DNA of 64,000 nucleotides, taken from Bacteroidales bacterium (GTDB taxonomy: Bacteria > Bacteroidota > Bacteroidia > Bacteroidales > VadinHA17). Made by a program: the position numbers and the translations under genes. A model generated the notes under the pieces. The model was not told where the DNA came from and ran no database searches. It was given only the letters and a program-made list of their open reading frames with translations. Positions 22,359 through 31,713 of the stretch are shown here, in pieces (the stretch's first letter is position 1; every line of letters begins with the position of its first letter). Where the stretch lies: NCBI GenBank assembly GCA_041303415.1, contig JBFYPG010000006.1:29688-93687 (forward strand), written 5' to 3'.

Positions 22359-24741
22359 CTATGATCCCTACTGTCGGCAAGAGTGTACCTGAAGTTCCTT
22401 CAATGGTTTTGAGAGTATACCTTAGCGGATCTGAAGGATCTGTCACCGGATTGCCGCTTGCATCTGTTTCTCTTGTAATTATTGCCGGCTGATCGGCCTT
22501 ATGGCCGTACACGTTCTGAACATCGGCATACAGCATCAGCGACCAGCCTTTGAAGAAGTATTGCTTATCAACCCTGATATCAAGCTGATGGAATGCTTTA
22601 AGACGTTCACTGTTGAAGCTGCTGTAGTCAAGATATCCCTGCCCGGTAAGATCCCACGCAGCTTTTATCGATGATTTTTCCAGATCGTAAGGTGTGTAGG
22701 GCGCTCCACCGACAAATCGCCATTTGAATCCGACATCCCAGTTCCTCTCGAATTTTTTGGTGGCTGTCAGGTTGAAAAGATGCCTGTTGTCCCATGATGA
22801 AGGTATCCACTCACCCCCGGGATTGCTGAACTCGCTTCTCACAAAAGTATATGAGAACACCAGGTTGGTACCTTTGAATTCCTTCAGTCGTCCCAGCAGC
22901 TCCAGCCCGTATGCCCTTCCTTCTGAGGTCGATAGAAGCTCCTCGTCACCGAATATCCCATATCCTGCACTCTTGCTGGAAAGAGGAACCGAATCCAATA
23001 CTGAGAAAGGGTACCATGAATAATCCTTGTAAAAACCCTCCAGGGTGATCTGTATGTTATCTATTGGCAGGAATTCGACACCCGCAACAATATGGTCAGC
23101 CTGCATGTACTTAAGGTTATTTTCCCTGTTAACGAAAACACCCTGCGTGTTCATGTATCCGAGGCCTGTGTAGGGAGGAAGCTGAAAGTAACGGCCTACA
23201 TTGAAATTAAGATTAATCCTTTCGCTGAGCGTATAAGAGGCTGAAAAACGCGGCGAAATCTGGTTCAGCGGATTCATCATCGCATCAGAGAAGGTGTTGA
23301 AATCTGTACGCAGGCCCAGCGACAGTCTCAGCCTCTCATCAAGGTACGATTTGCTCACCTGCCCGAATACGCCAAACTTGCCAAGCTTCAGGTTGGTTTC
23401 GTAATTTATCTCATTCTCACCCAGACCCGAATATATCAGCCTGTAGGTCGAGTTGCGGTAATGGGCATACTCAGTACCTGCACCTAAGCTGATCCTCAGT
23501 CCGTTGTCTCCGATGATCGTCCTTTCAAAACGGGCTTTTATCTCTCCTTCTCCCGACAGGTAGTCAAGTATTTTGTTTGTGTCGGCTTCAATATTTCCGG
23601 CATATTTATACTGCGAATTATTCAGGTAATTGCGGCTCAGTACCCACGTGTCGTACCCGCCTTTCCTGAAATGCTTGTAAACCAGCCCTGTTGTGTAGCT
23701 GTACTGCTCCTGGACAGGAATATAATTAAGTATATACCTCTGGTATTCGGTTTCGTTGGCTTTGAGGTTAAGTTCAAAATCATCCTTTGCTCCCAGCCCT
23801 ATAACCGTAAGCTCATTTTTATCGTCAAGCCTTACACGGTATTTGAACTGGAAGTCGGTGTAATTCGGAAGGAACGGGAGCCCGAGGGCGCTGAAGAGAA
23901 ACTGCAGGTACGAACGACGCACTGACATCAGAAGAGTCCCGTTTTCACCGGCAGGTCCGTCAACCGTAAGCCCCAGGTCAGATGCACCGACAGTTGCCCT
24001 GTATTTCAATTTTTCCTTATTCCCGTCGAGGAATGTGAAATTCAGGATGGAGCTAAGTGCATTGCCCTTTGAAGCCGGGAATGCTCCGGAAATAAAATCC
24101 ACCGACTGCACGAAGTCAACATTGATGATGCCGACAGGCCCGCCTGAAGCTCCCTGTGTTGAAAAGTGATTCAGGTAAGGGATCTCAACATTATCAATGT
24201 AGAACCTGTTCTCGTTCGGGCCTCCTCCCCTTACAATGACATCATTTCTGAAAGCAGGTGTGCTTGCCACCCCGGGGAATGACTGGATAACCCTTGAGAT
24301 GTCGCGGTTGCCTCCGGGATTCTTTTCGATTTCATCTATCCCTATGATCCTTACTGATACAGGTGTCTCGACCTTCTTGATAAAAGGAGACGCCTTTATA
24401 ACAACCTCTCCAAGTCCGACAGCTGCCTCCTCAAGCGGAATCTCAATACTTGCCTCCTTGCTGTTTGTCACCAGGATGGCTGAAGTGAGAAAAGGATTAT
24501 ATCCTACTGATGATGCCCTTAGTTCAACATACCCGGGCTTAACGCCCGTAAAGGAGAAATTGCCGTCAAAATCGGTTATTGCGCCAATGTTTGTTCCCCA
24601 TATCTGAACAGTAGCAAAGGGTACTCCTTCATTTGTTTTTGAATTGAAAACCCTGCCCTTGATGGTCCCTGAATTTGTCTGCTGCGCCATGACAGGAATG
24701 GCAAAAAGTATTGTAAATAAAATGAGAATATGTTTATACAT
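22348..24741 (-). CDS. TonB-dependent receptor with an N-terminal carboxypeptidase-regulatory-like domain
   Basis: 797 aa. Signal peptide, GTIKGRVFNSKTNEGVPFATV (CarboxypepD_reg), plug domain, beta-barrel, and C-terminal aromatic residue (..GIIVEF). Confidence 0.88.
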   Translation of the reverse strand: MYKHILILFTILFAIPVMAQQTNSGTIKGRVFNSKTNEGVPFATVQIWGTNIGAITDFDGNFSFTGVKPGYVELRASSVGYNPFLTSAILVTNSKEASIEIPLEEAAVGLGEVVIKASPFIKKVETPVSVRIIGIDEIEKNPGGNRDISRVIQSFPGVASTPAFRNDVIVRGGGPNENRFYIDNVEIPYLNHFSTQGASGGPVGIINVDFVQSVDFISGAFPASKGNALSSILNFTFLDGNKEKLKYRATVGASDLGLTVDGPAGENGTLLMSVRRSYLQFLFSALGLPFLPNYTDFQFKYRVRLDDKNELTVIGLGAKDDFELNLKANETEYQRYILNYIPVQEQYSYTTGLVYKHFRKGGYDTWVLSRNYLNNSQYKYAGNIEADTNKILDYLSGEGEIKARFERTIIGDNGLRISLGAGTEYAHYRNSTYRLIYSGLGENEINYETNLKLGKFGVFGQVSKSYLDERLRLSLGLRTDFNTFSDAMMNPLNQISPRFSASYTLSERINLNFNVGRYFQLPPYTGLGYMNTQGVFVNRENNLKYMQADHIVAGVEFLPIDNIQITLEGFYKDYSWYPFSVLDSVPLSSKSAGYGIFGDEELLSTSEGRAYGLELLGRLKEFKGTNLVFSYTFVRSEFSNPGGEWIPSSWDNRHLFNLTATKKFERNWDVGFKWRFVGGAPYTPYDLEKSSIKAAWDLTGQGYLDYSSFNSERLKAFHQLDIRVDKQYFFKGWSLMLYADVQNVYGHKADQPAIITRETDASGNPVTDPSDPLRYTLKTIEGTSGTLLPTVGIIVEF

Positions 24742-24816
24742 CTACTTAAATTTTGCCCATTAAACAATAAAAAGCAGAATAATGTTCAAAAAAATTCGAA
24801 TAAAAAATGCTTTTCT

Positions 24817-25803
24817 CTAAAAATGTGTCAGTCCTTTAAAATAACTTCGCTCAGCGGAAAGGTCCAGGGCGGGCCTCCTGGCACAGAGAACATCTATTTT
24901 TTTGAGCATGGTTTCAGCGAAAGACCTGATATTCTCCCCTGCACCTGACCGTATCCTGTGTGAAACAGCCCTGATGATCTTTTCGGCTTCCCTCCAGGTG
25001 TCAATGGTATTACTATCAAAGTAACATTCTGAAAAAGCATCCCAGATGTAATCAATGGCTGCATCTGACAGATGGAGCATGTCGCCGGCATAAAACCTGT
25101 AATCCCTCAGGTCATCCATAACCAGCTCATAAGCAGGAAAATACTGAGGGAGCGAAGGGTGTTCAAGGAGTTTTTCCACTGCCAGGAACAGGGTTGATTT
25201 ACTCACCTGGTTCCCATGAGGGCCATCCTTCCAGTGGCGCACCGGACTAATTGTAAATACAACCGTAAGCCCCGGATTGAATGCCTGAAGCATATCGAGC
25301 TGACTCTTCCAGAGGACAGCTATGTCATCAACTGTAAGCAATTCCCTCTTAAACTCAGAAGCCGGGATCTTATGGCAATTTGATACTATCCTTCCCGATT
25401 CGATATGCCTGAATACTCTTGCCGTCCCGAAAGTGATGAAAAGGAAATGTGCCTTTGAAAGAAATTTAAATGCCTCTGCCGTCTTTCTGTTAACCGTTTC
25501 AAGCACTTCCTGCTTATTACCTGATGAAAAATCGGTATAATGGTCAAAGCTGAGCCATGTGCCGTTATGGTCATAAAGATCCTTCCCCGTATATTCCCTG
25601 GCATCAATGACAGAGTTCAGGGTGTTGATGACGGAGACGGGATTATACACTGTGCCTGAAGGATTTATCATCACCGGCATGCGGCCTGCCTCAAGCTTTG
25701 AACCTATTGAACCGGCAAAACACGATCCGATGAACATGGCCGGATCATCATATGTAATCTTATAGGCTGAAGGTGGAATATTGAATGTTGTCCTGAGTTC
25801 CAT
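24817..25803 (-). CDS. GSCFA domain-containing protein
   Basis: 328 aa with the literal GSCFA motif (FIGSCFAGSIGSKL) near the N-terminus. Confidence 0.85.
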   Translation of the reverse strand: MELRTTFNIPPSAYKITYDDPAMFIGSCFAGSIGSKLEAGRMPVMINPSGTVYNPVSVINTLNSVIDAREYTGKDLYDHNGTWLSFDHYTDFSSGNKQEVLETVNRKTAEAFKFLSKAHFLFITFGTARVFRHIESGRIVSNCHKIPASEFKRELLTVDDIAVLWKSQLDMLQAFNPGLTVVFTISPVRHWKDGPHGNQVSKSTLFLAVEKLLEHPSLPQYFPAYELVMDDLRDYRFYAGDMLHLSDAAIDYIWDAFSECYFDSNTIDTWREAEKIIRAVSHRIRSGAGENIRSFAETMLKKIDVLCARRPALDLSAERSYFKGLTHF

Positions 25804-25812
25804 TGGTTCCGG

Positions 25813-26640
25813 CTATTTTGAATCTAGCCTTGAGTTTATCCAGTTCATCAGATATGCAAACACCTCCTGCCTGAATGGCTCATTATGAAGCTCATGGTAT
25901 CCGCCTTCCCAGATCTTAAGCTCCGCCAGCGGTGTTTTTAATGCAAAAATACGGCTGCCTTCGGGAGAGCAGATCTGATCATCGCTCCCGTGAATCAGGA
26001 GCAGGGGCATGCTCAGTTCACCTGCATGTTCAAGCGAGCGGGCCGCAGCGCTCATGGCACTGTGAAAAAGGCTTACAGAGATCCTGTCATGAACCAGGGG
26101 ATCAGCCTTATACCGGTTGACGACCTCAGGATCATGTGAAATATGTTCCACCACCAGGCCTGACGGCTGTATAAGCCCGGGCATGATATGCTTCATGATT
26201 GATGCCAGGGCAATCTTTGATTTTTCCGGTTCAAATGAGAGCTTAAGCCATGGTGATGTTACAACCGCACCCCTGATATCAGGTTTTTTCCTTAAGATGT
26301 AATCCAGCACTATTCCTCCGCCAAGGCTGTGCCCGTATATGAATACGGGTATGCCACTGAATGTATTTACAGAGTTTGTTAAAATAATTTCGATCATCTC
26401 GTCAGTAGCTTGATAGCTTTTTATATGACCCCTCCTGCCTTCGGATTGCCCGTGTCCGGGAAGATCAACACCGATGAATCCTATACCTTCCCTGTTAAGC
26501 ATTTCAGCCCATTCCTTATATCGCTGGATATGTTCGCCCAGACCATGAACAAAAATGATAATGGCGCGTGGACTGGCGCCCGGGCTGGCAATCAATCCTC
26601 TCAGGATCATACCGTCCTTAAGCCTGATACTGTACTCCAT
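25813..26640 (-). CDS. alpha/beta hydrolase (lysophospholipase / monoacylglycerol-lipase-like)
   Basis: Nucleophile elbow GHSLGG, HGLGEH, and C-terminal HEL. The track ORF starts at 26682. I prefer the ATG at 26640 (MEYSIRL), which is preceded by an A-rich leader. Confidence 0.85.
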   Translation of the reverse strand: MEYSIRLKDGMILRGLIASPGASPRAIIIFVHGLGEHIQRYKEWAEMLNREGIGFIGVDLPGHGQSEGRRGHIKSYQATDEMIEIILTNSVNTFSGIPVFIYGHSLGGGIVLDYILRKKPDIRGAVVTSPWLKLSFEPEKSKIALASIMKHIMPGLIQPSGLVVEHISHDPEVVNRYKADPLVHDRISVSLFHSAMSAAARSLEHAGELSMPLLLIHGSDDQICSPEGSRIFALKTPLAELKIWEGGYHELHNEPFRQEVFAYLMNWINSRLDSK

Positions 26641-26889
26641 GTTTTTTTCTTTAAAAGTAGTAAAGTTGAACGAATAAAACATGAAATTAAATGGAGTTAT
26701 ACTGCTAAAATGAGTTTAACAGTAATTTATACCAATTATTCATAAGGCGCTTTAATACTCTTACTATCAATGATTTCTAAAATTTTATTATTTAGAACGG
26801 CCGTAGAATAGAGGGATTTTAAGATATTAAGATTTGTTTATCTTTTATTATTGAAGTACATTTGTGCTATCAACTTAAAAACAGGAGCT

Positions 26890-27396
26890 ATGACAACATA
26901 TGAATTTAACAATCAGCTTATCGGAATGAAGTCAAATCTTCAGAGGTTTGCCATGAGCCTTACTTCAGACCGTGATTTAGCACTGGATCTTGTTCAGGAC
27001 ACATACGTAAAAGCAATCACACATAAAGAAAAATTTGCAGACTTTACCAATCTTAAGGCATGGGTATTTACAATAATGAAGAACACCTTCATCAACAATT
27101 ACCGCAGGAACGTCAAGGAGAACACCATCATTGACGGCACCCAGGATCTCTATTACATCAATCAGCCATCTGACAAAGGCTTCATATCACCTGAATCGAA
27201 TTATTCTGAAGGTGAAATTGAGAAGGCAATTGATTCGCTGGAAAACGAATTCAAAATACCCTTCAGGATGCATATTGAAGGTTACAAGTACAAGGAGATC
27301 GCCGAAGAGCTTGGATTAAAAATAGGAACAGTTAAAAGCAGAATATTTTTCACACGCCAGAAACTTATGCATATGCTTAAGGATTATGCCGCGTAA
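26890..27396 (+). CDS. RNA polymerase sigma factor (sigma-70/ECF family)
   Basis: Region 2 (DLVQDTYVKA, WVFTIMKNTFINNYRR) and region 4 HTH (YKEIAEELGLKIGTVKSRIF). ATG at 26890 is preceded by AGGAG. The track ORF starts at a TTG at 26851. Confidence 0.85.
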   Translation: MTTYEFNNQLIGMKSNLQRFAMSLTSDRDLALDLVQDTYVKAITHKEKFADFTNLKAWVFTIMKNTFINNYRRNVKENTIIDGTQDLYYINQPSDKGFISPESNYSEGEIEKAIDSLENEFKIPFRMHIEGYKYKEIAEELGLKIGTVKSRIFFTRQKLMHMLKDYAA

Positions 27397-27430
27397 CATT
27401 GGTTTATCGATTTGGGTAGGTTAGTAAAGC

Positions 27431-27460
27431 GAGGCGCCTGGTAAGCGCCTCTATTTTTTT
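27431..27460 (+). terminator. rho-independent terminator
   Basis: Stem GAGGCGC (27431-27437) / GCGCCTC (27445-27451), 7-nt loop, then TATTTTTTT. It overlaps the stop codon of the convergent gene. Confidence 0.65.
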
Positions 27461-28500
27461 ACTACCCTGAATATTATTCCTGCCAGTACAAACAACAGGA
27501 ATATTCCTGATACTATCCATGCCCACCTGTTCGGGATCTTTGATTCAGCAAACATAATATAAGGTTCGGTCATAAAGAAATCGGAATGAACCGGCCATGA
27601 AAGGGCTTTTGTTGAATCAATGAATCCGTTGGTTCCGATGATCTCCCCCGGCATGACGATCCGCTGGACATACCGGCTGAAATCGACCCAAAGATGCTCT
27701 GATACAATATTAACTGCCGAATCTGCTTCAGTCTGGTACTTAACGGCATTGCCTTCACCTATGAATTCCTTCAGCATTATGCCGTTCGACCAGAGGCTGT
27801 CAAAGTGCTCCTCTCCCCTCCTGATGATTTCAATAAACTCATCCTCGCGGGCTTTCAGTGCTTCAACTGTCATGTCTCCATCCGCCCTTCCTTTGGTAAG
27901 GTTTGAAAATTCACCTATCCACTCTGATACAAGACTTCTGAATGTCCACTCCTCTATCTTCCGGTCGACTGAATCGCTGAAAGCCTCAAATCTAATGCTG
28001 TCGGGGCCATTCAGTTTCTCACCCGTGATATTCTCGGGTGAATAGAACCAGTCAATCTCATCCTCATCCAGAAAATCTGAAACAGGGTAGCCATACGTCA
28101 TTGTCTTTTCAACTACCGCCTCATACCTGTATTCAGTATTGAACCATTTGAATCTTTTCCGGAATTCAGCTCTTCGCCTCACATCCATGTTTAAAGTACT
28201 GTCTGATAAATAGTCTTTATTTATCTCATCCACGGAAACAAACAGTTTTTCAGCCCTTCTTATATATATCGTATCACCTTCTTCGGTGATCTCAAGCGAA
28301 TCCCTGATGCTCCACGTAGAATCATATGGCACCTGAACTCCGGAGATATTGAATACGTTCTCAAATTTTTTCATCTCGATCTTCCTGGTTATTGATCCGT
28401 CTGTGTGTACAATATCGGTCACAACAGTCTCAGGTTCTCCGCAGGATGCTGTCATGATGATAATGAATGAAATGGCGATCTTCAGCTGCTTTCTTTTCAT
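27451..28500 (-). CDS. hypothetical lipoprotein with an additional C-terminal TM anchor
   Basis: I prefer the ATG at 28500 (MKRKQLKIAISFIIIMTASCGEPE, lipobox) over the track start at 28554. The C-terminus WAWIVSGIFLLFVLAGIIFRVVKK is a TM helix. No recognisable family. Confidence 0.6.
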   Translation of the reverse strand: MKRKQLKIAISFIIIMTASCGEPETVVTDIVHTDGSITRKIEMKKFENVFNISGVQVPYDSTWSIRDSLEITEEGDTIYIRRAEKLFVSVDEINKDYLSDSTLNMDVRRRAEFRKRFKWFNTEYRYEAVVEKTMTYGYPVSDFLDEDEIDWFYSPENITGEKLNGPDSIRFEAFSDSVDRKIEEWTFRSLVSEWIGEFSNLTKGRADGDMTVEALKAREDEFIEIIRRGEEHFDSLWSNGIMLKEFIGEGNAVKYQTEADSAVNIVSEHLWVDFSRYVQRIVMPGEIIGTNGFIDSTKALSWPVHSDFFMTEPYIMFAESKIPNRWAWIVSGIFLLFVLAGIIFRVVKK

Positions 28501-28504
28501 TGTC

Positions 28505-29056
28505 TTATAGTTTAAATTTTCTCTTATTGTTCTCAGAAAGTTGTTCTTCAACATATTTCTTCAGGGCAGGATCCCCTTCTATCAGGTTTACCAGATCCCT
28601 GTATTTCTCTTCCAGTTCATTGTATGATCTGATCATTTGTTTCATCTGGCGTTCAGAAATATCTATGTTCCATGCCGGGATATTTCGTCCAGCAAGCCGG
28701 TATAGAAAAGCAGCATCCGTATTGTTGCTGTTCCCGGTAATAATCTGGTCATCAATGAATACTGCCTGCCTGTTCAGGTTATTGATCCGTTTCAGGATGA
28801 CACCCTGCTGATAAATAAAAACCAGCACCATAGCGGCTGAGGCTGCAATAAGACACTTTCTCACCCATCCTATATAAACCCATCCGAACAGAAAATCAAG
28901 TACCCCAGGAGATGGTTCCTTCTTACCCCGGATACTTATTATCCTGTCAACTACCTTATCCTTAATGACATCCGGTGACTGCAGAACAGGTTTTGATTTT
29001 CTGAGTAGATCAACCACCCTGTCATATTTCATTTTATCACTGCTCATATCAGGCAT
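28505..29056 (-). CDS. hypothetical membrane protein, putative anti-sigma factor (by position only)
   Basis: 183 aa. Central TM segment (CLIAASAAMVLVFIY). Overlaps the upstream ECF sigma gene by 8 nt. Confidence 0.5.
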   Translation of the reverse strand: MPDMSSDKMKYDRVVDLLRKSKPVLQSPDVIKDKVVDRIISIRGKKEPSPGVLDFLFGWVYIGWVRKCLIAASAAMVLVFIYQQGVILKRINNLNRQAVFIDDQIITGNSNNTDAAFLYRLAGRNIPAWNIDISERQMKQMIRSYNELEEKYRDLVNLIEGDPALKKYVEEQLSENNKRKFKL

Positions 29057-29594
29057 ATTTGTTTATCATTTCGCTAATTCTTTTCCTCGCATAGTGAAGA
29101 TTTGCTTTTACATTTGCTTTCCTCATTCCTGTGATGGCCGAAACCTCATCCGGACTCATTTCTTCAAGGTCGCACAGGACAAATACTGCCTTCTGCTTAG
29201 GGCTCAGAGAGCCGGTCAGAAGATTTATCAGTGCAGCTGTTTCCCGGTTTTCCATCTCTTTTATTGTATCGTGAGAAAGATGGTTTGAGATAACACCCCA
29301 TTCTGAAGCATCAGGGGTATACTCTTTTGATCTATTTTTCCTGCGCAGTTCGTCATAGCATTTATTGATAACAATCCTGTACAGCCACATTTTAAAGCCA
29401 TCTGAAGATTTAATTTTTCCAATTTTCTGCCATACTGTCAGCATAGTCTCCTGCACAATATCCTCTGCAAGCGTTTCATCCCCCAGCATTCTGAAGGCCA
29501 CTGAAAAGGCAAACGGTGAAGTTTTAACAACAAGTTCACCGAAACTCCTCAGGCTGCCTCTCCTGCACTCTTCTATAATCTCATGATCGGTCAA
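29049..29594 (-). CDS. ECF-type RNA polymerase sigma factor
   Basis: 181 aa. Region 2 (DIVQETMLTVW, WLYRIVINKCYDELRR) and region 4 (PDEVSAITGMRKANVKANLHYARKRI). Confidence 0.88.
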   Translation of the reverse strand: MTDHEIIEECRRGSLRSFGELVVKTSPFAFSVAFRMLGDETLAEDIVQETMLTVWQKIGKIKSSDGFKMWLYRIVINKCYDELRRKNRSKEYTPDASEWGVISNHLSHDTIKEMENRETAALINLLTGSLSPKQKAVFVLCDLEEMSPDEVSAITGMRKANVKANLHYARKRISEMINKYA

Positions 29595-29687
29595 ATCGGT
29601 GATGCTTTTCTGATAATAAGACGTTAAATCAGCTGAAAGGTAAAAAACAAATGGTAATTTTATTGTGAAATTATTAACAGAAACTTT

Positions 29688-29862
29688 CCGGGCTAAAGCC
29701 CATATTTGGGAGTGTGGCTGTTGACCCCGGGCTGAAGCCCGGGGTTAGTGAGGCTTAATCTGGGGATTAACCGGGACACCAGTAAGCCGGGTCAGAACCA
29801 TACTAACCCCAGGCTTCAGCCTGGGGTTGAGAATTAAAATAGTGATACGGACTTTAGTCCGG
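29688..29862. repeat. cluster of short GC hairpins, including a 26-nt inverted repeat pair
   Basis: GGGC-TAAA-GCCC (29690-29701). ACCCCGGGCTGAAGCCCGGGGTTAGT (29724-29749) has an inverted copy ACTAACCCCAGGCTTCAGCCTGGGGT (29802-29827). CGGAC-TTTA-GTCCG (29848-29861). Confidence 0.85.
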
Positions 29863-29893
29863 AATGCATTGATATACATCACAATAACCATAT

Positions 29894-30301
29894 ATGCAAA
29901 AAATAATCACCATCCCAACTGACCGCAAAAACGGTTTATACGATATAACTGCTCAGGTCCTTGAAGTAATCAAGGAAAGTAAAGTAAGAACAGGCATCGC
30001 TTCAGTATATGCCAGGGGTTCCACTGCGGCTATTATGATCCAGGAGAACTGGGACCAGTCAGTTCAGAATGATGTCGTTACTCTTCTGGGTAAGCTCATA
30101 CCCTCCGGGATCTGGGAACATGATAATCAGGACAATAACGGTGATGCCCACCTGAAGGCAGGGCTCGTTGGAGCATCCGAGACAATTCCTATTGTTGACG
30201 GTAATGCAGGACTATCAACCTGGCAGAATATCTTCCTGTGTGAATTTGATGGTCCGAGAAACCAGAGAGAAGTGGTGGTTACGGTAATTGAGGATAAATA
30301 A
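29894..30301 (+). CDS. yjbQ: YjbQ/UPF0047 family protein (secondary thiamine-phosphate synthase-like)
   Basis: 135 aa. ITxxV...HTTAxx-like core (GSTAAIMIQENWD) and DAHLKA motif typical of UPF0047. Confidence 0.75.
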   Translation: MQKIITIPTDRKNGLYDITAQVLEVIKESKVRTGIASVYARGSTAAIMIQENWDQSVQNDVVTLLGKLIPSGIWEHDNQDNNGDAHLKAGLVGASETIPIVDGNAGLSTWQNIFLCEFDGPRNQREVVVTVIEDK

Positions 30302-31249
30302 TTAATTATCCATTGACCTGAGAGCGTCTGAGATATTTCTTTTGAGATCCGGGAATTTAACTCTTCTGATCGCGCTGTTTTTAAAAAAACTATGGTATTG
30401 TTCTTCAGTAAGGGATTCCCAGTCTTTTCGTGTCATTGCAGCTACTTCCTGACTGATCCTGAATTCCTGATGGGTGTTTAGCTTTATGTTTTTATTCCAG
30501 GGACATACCTCCTGGCACCTGTCGCACCCGTATACTCTTCCTCCGAGTTTTGCAACTATCTCTTCAGGTATAGGTCCGCGGTTCTCAATTGTCCGGTTTG
30601 AAATGCACTTCCGGGCATCAATGGTCCGGTTTTCGTTGATGGCTTCTGTAGGACAGGCATCTATGCACAACCTGCAGGTTCCGCAATATTCCCCCTGAAA
30701 CGGCTTATCATAATCCAGTTCGATATTGAGCATCAGGATGCCGATAAAAAAGAATGATCCGATCGCCTTATTTATCATGATTGAGTGGCGCCCCTGCCAG
30801 CCAAGTCCGGCTTCGCTTATCCACGACTTCTCATGAAGAAAGCCGGTATCGGAGAAAGCCTTGCCTTCGGCTTCAGGTACTCTCTCTTTTACAAAATCCA
30901 GAAGTTTTTCAAGCTTCGGAACGATAACGTCATGGTAATCATTACCGTAGGCATATCTTGAGAGAACCGGAACTCCCTTCTCTTTCTGCATGTTTTCAGA
31001 ATAATAGCTAATTCCGGTAACTACAAGAGTCTGTGCATCAGGATATACCAGCAAAGGATTGAATCTCTTCTCCGGCTCCCTTTCAAGATAACCCATTTTA
31101 TCGTTCATTCCTGCTGCAAGCCATTTTTTTAGTGCTGCCTCGCGATCGGGAAGCGGTTTAACTTTTGCTGTTCCGCATATGTCAAATCCAAGGTCAAGGG
31201 CTTTCGCCTTAACCAGCTGAGTAAGATTTTTGATCCCGTTCGTGCCCAT
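30302..31249 (-). CDS. queG: tRNA epoxyqueuosine(34) reductase
   Basis: 315 aa. 4Fe-4S ferredoxin motifs CGTCRLCIDACP and CDRCQEVCPWN, in the QueG N-terminal domain context. Confidence 0.88.
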   Translation of the reverse strand: MGTNGIKNLTQLVKAKALDLGFDICGTAKVKPLPDREAALKKWLAAGMNDKMGYLEREPEKRFNPLLVYPDAQTLVVTGISYYSENMQKEKGVPVLSRYAYGNDYHDVIVPKLEKLLDFVKERVPEAEGKAFSDTGFLHEKSWISEAGLGWQGRHSIMINKAIGSFFFIGILMLNIELDYDKPFQGEYCGTCRLCIDACPTEAINENRTIDARKCISNRTIENRGPIPEEIVAKLGGRVYGCDRCQEVCPWNKNIKLNTHQEFRISQEVAAMTRKDWESLTEEQYHSFFKNSAIRRVKFPDLKRNISDALRSMDN

Positions 31250-31252
31250 CTG

Positions 31253-31573
31253 CTAAAGAAACCCGAGTTCAAGTTTTGCCTCATCGCTGAGCATGCTTTT
31301 ATCCCATGGAGGACTGAAAGTCAGCTTCAGGTCACAATCCTTAACGCCTTTAGTGCCTGCGACCTTGTATTTTACCTCCTCAACCAGCATGTCAGCCATC
31401 GGGCAGTTGGGAGCAGTAAGCGTCATCGTGATATGGGCAATATGTGCGTCATCGACCTCAACATTGTAAACCAGCCCCAGGTCGTAGATATTTACAGGTA
31501 TCTCCGGATCGAAGATGCTCTTAAGCACTCCCATGATCCTGGTTTCTATTTCTAACTGTTCATTAGCATCCAT
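31253..31573 (-). CDS. sufT: SUF-system Fe-S assembly protein, DUF59/SufT-like
   Basis: 106 aa. IFDPEIPVNIYDLGLVY and TLTAPNCPMAD motifs of DUF59 (MIP18 family). Last gene of the suf cluster. Confidence 0.8.
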   Translation of the reverse strand: MDANEQLEIETRIMGVLKSIFDPEIPVNIYDLGLVYNVEVDDAHIAHITMTLTAPNCPMADMLVEEVKYKVAGTKGVKDCDLKLTFSPPWDKSMLSDEAKLELGFL

Positions 31574-31713
31574 CTCTTGCTCTTTGGTCTTTTATCTTTT
31601 GTCTTTGATAAACCCACCCCCAACTCCTCCGAGGAGCGGAGTCTTTCAAATCTCCCATTCTCCCCCTCAGGCTTTCCTGCCTGTCGCCTGTTGCCTGTCG
31701 CCTGTTGCCTTGT
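31574..31713 (-). repeat. modular intercistronic repeat element (heptads, octads, GC hairpin, A-rich heptads)
   Basis: Read on the minus strand: GGCRACA heptads (31679-31713), GGGGAGAA/TGGGAGAT octads (31651-31666), the core CTCCGCTCCTCGGAGGAGTTGGGGGTGGGTT (31611-31641), then NNAAAGA x5 (31574-31608) ending at the sufT ATG. Homologous to 55388-55495. Confidence 0.85.
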
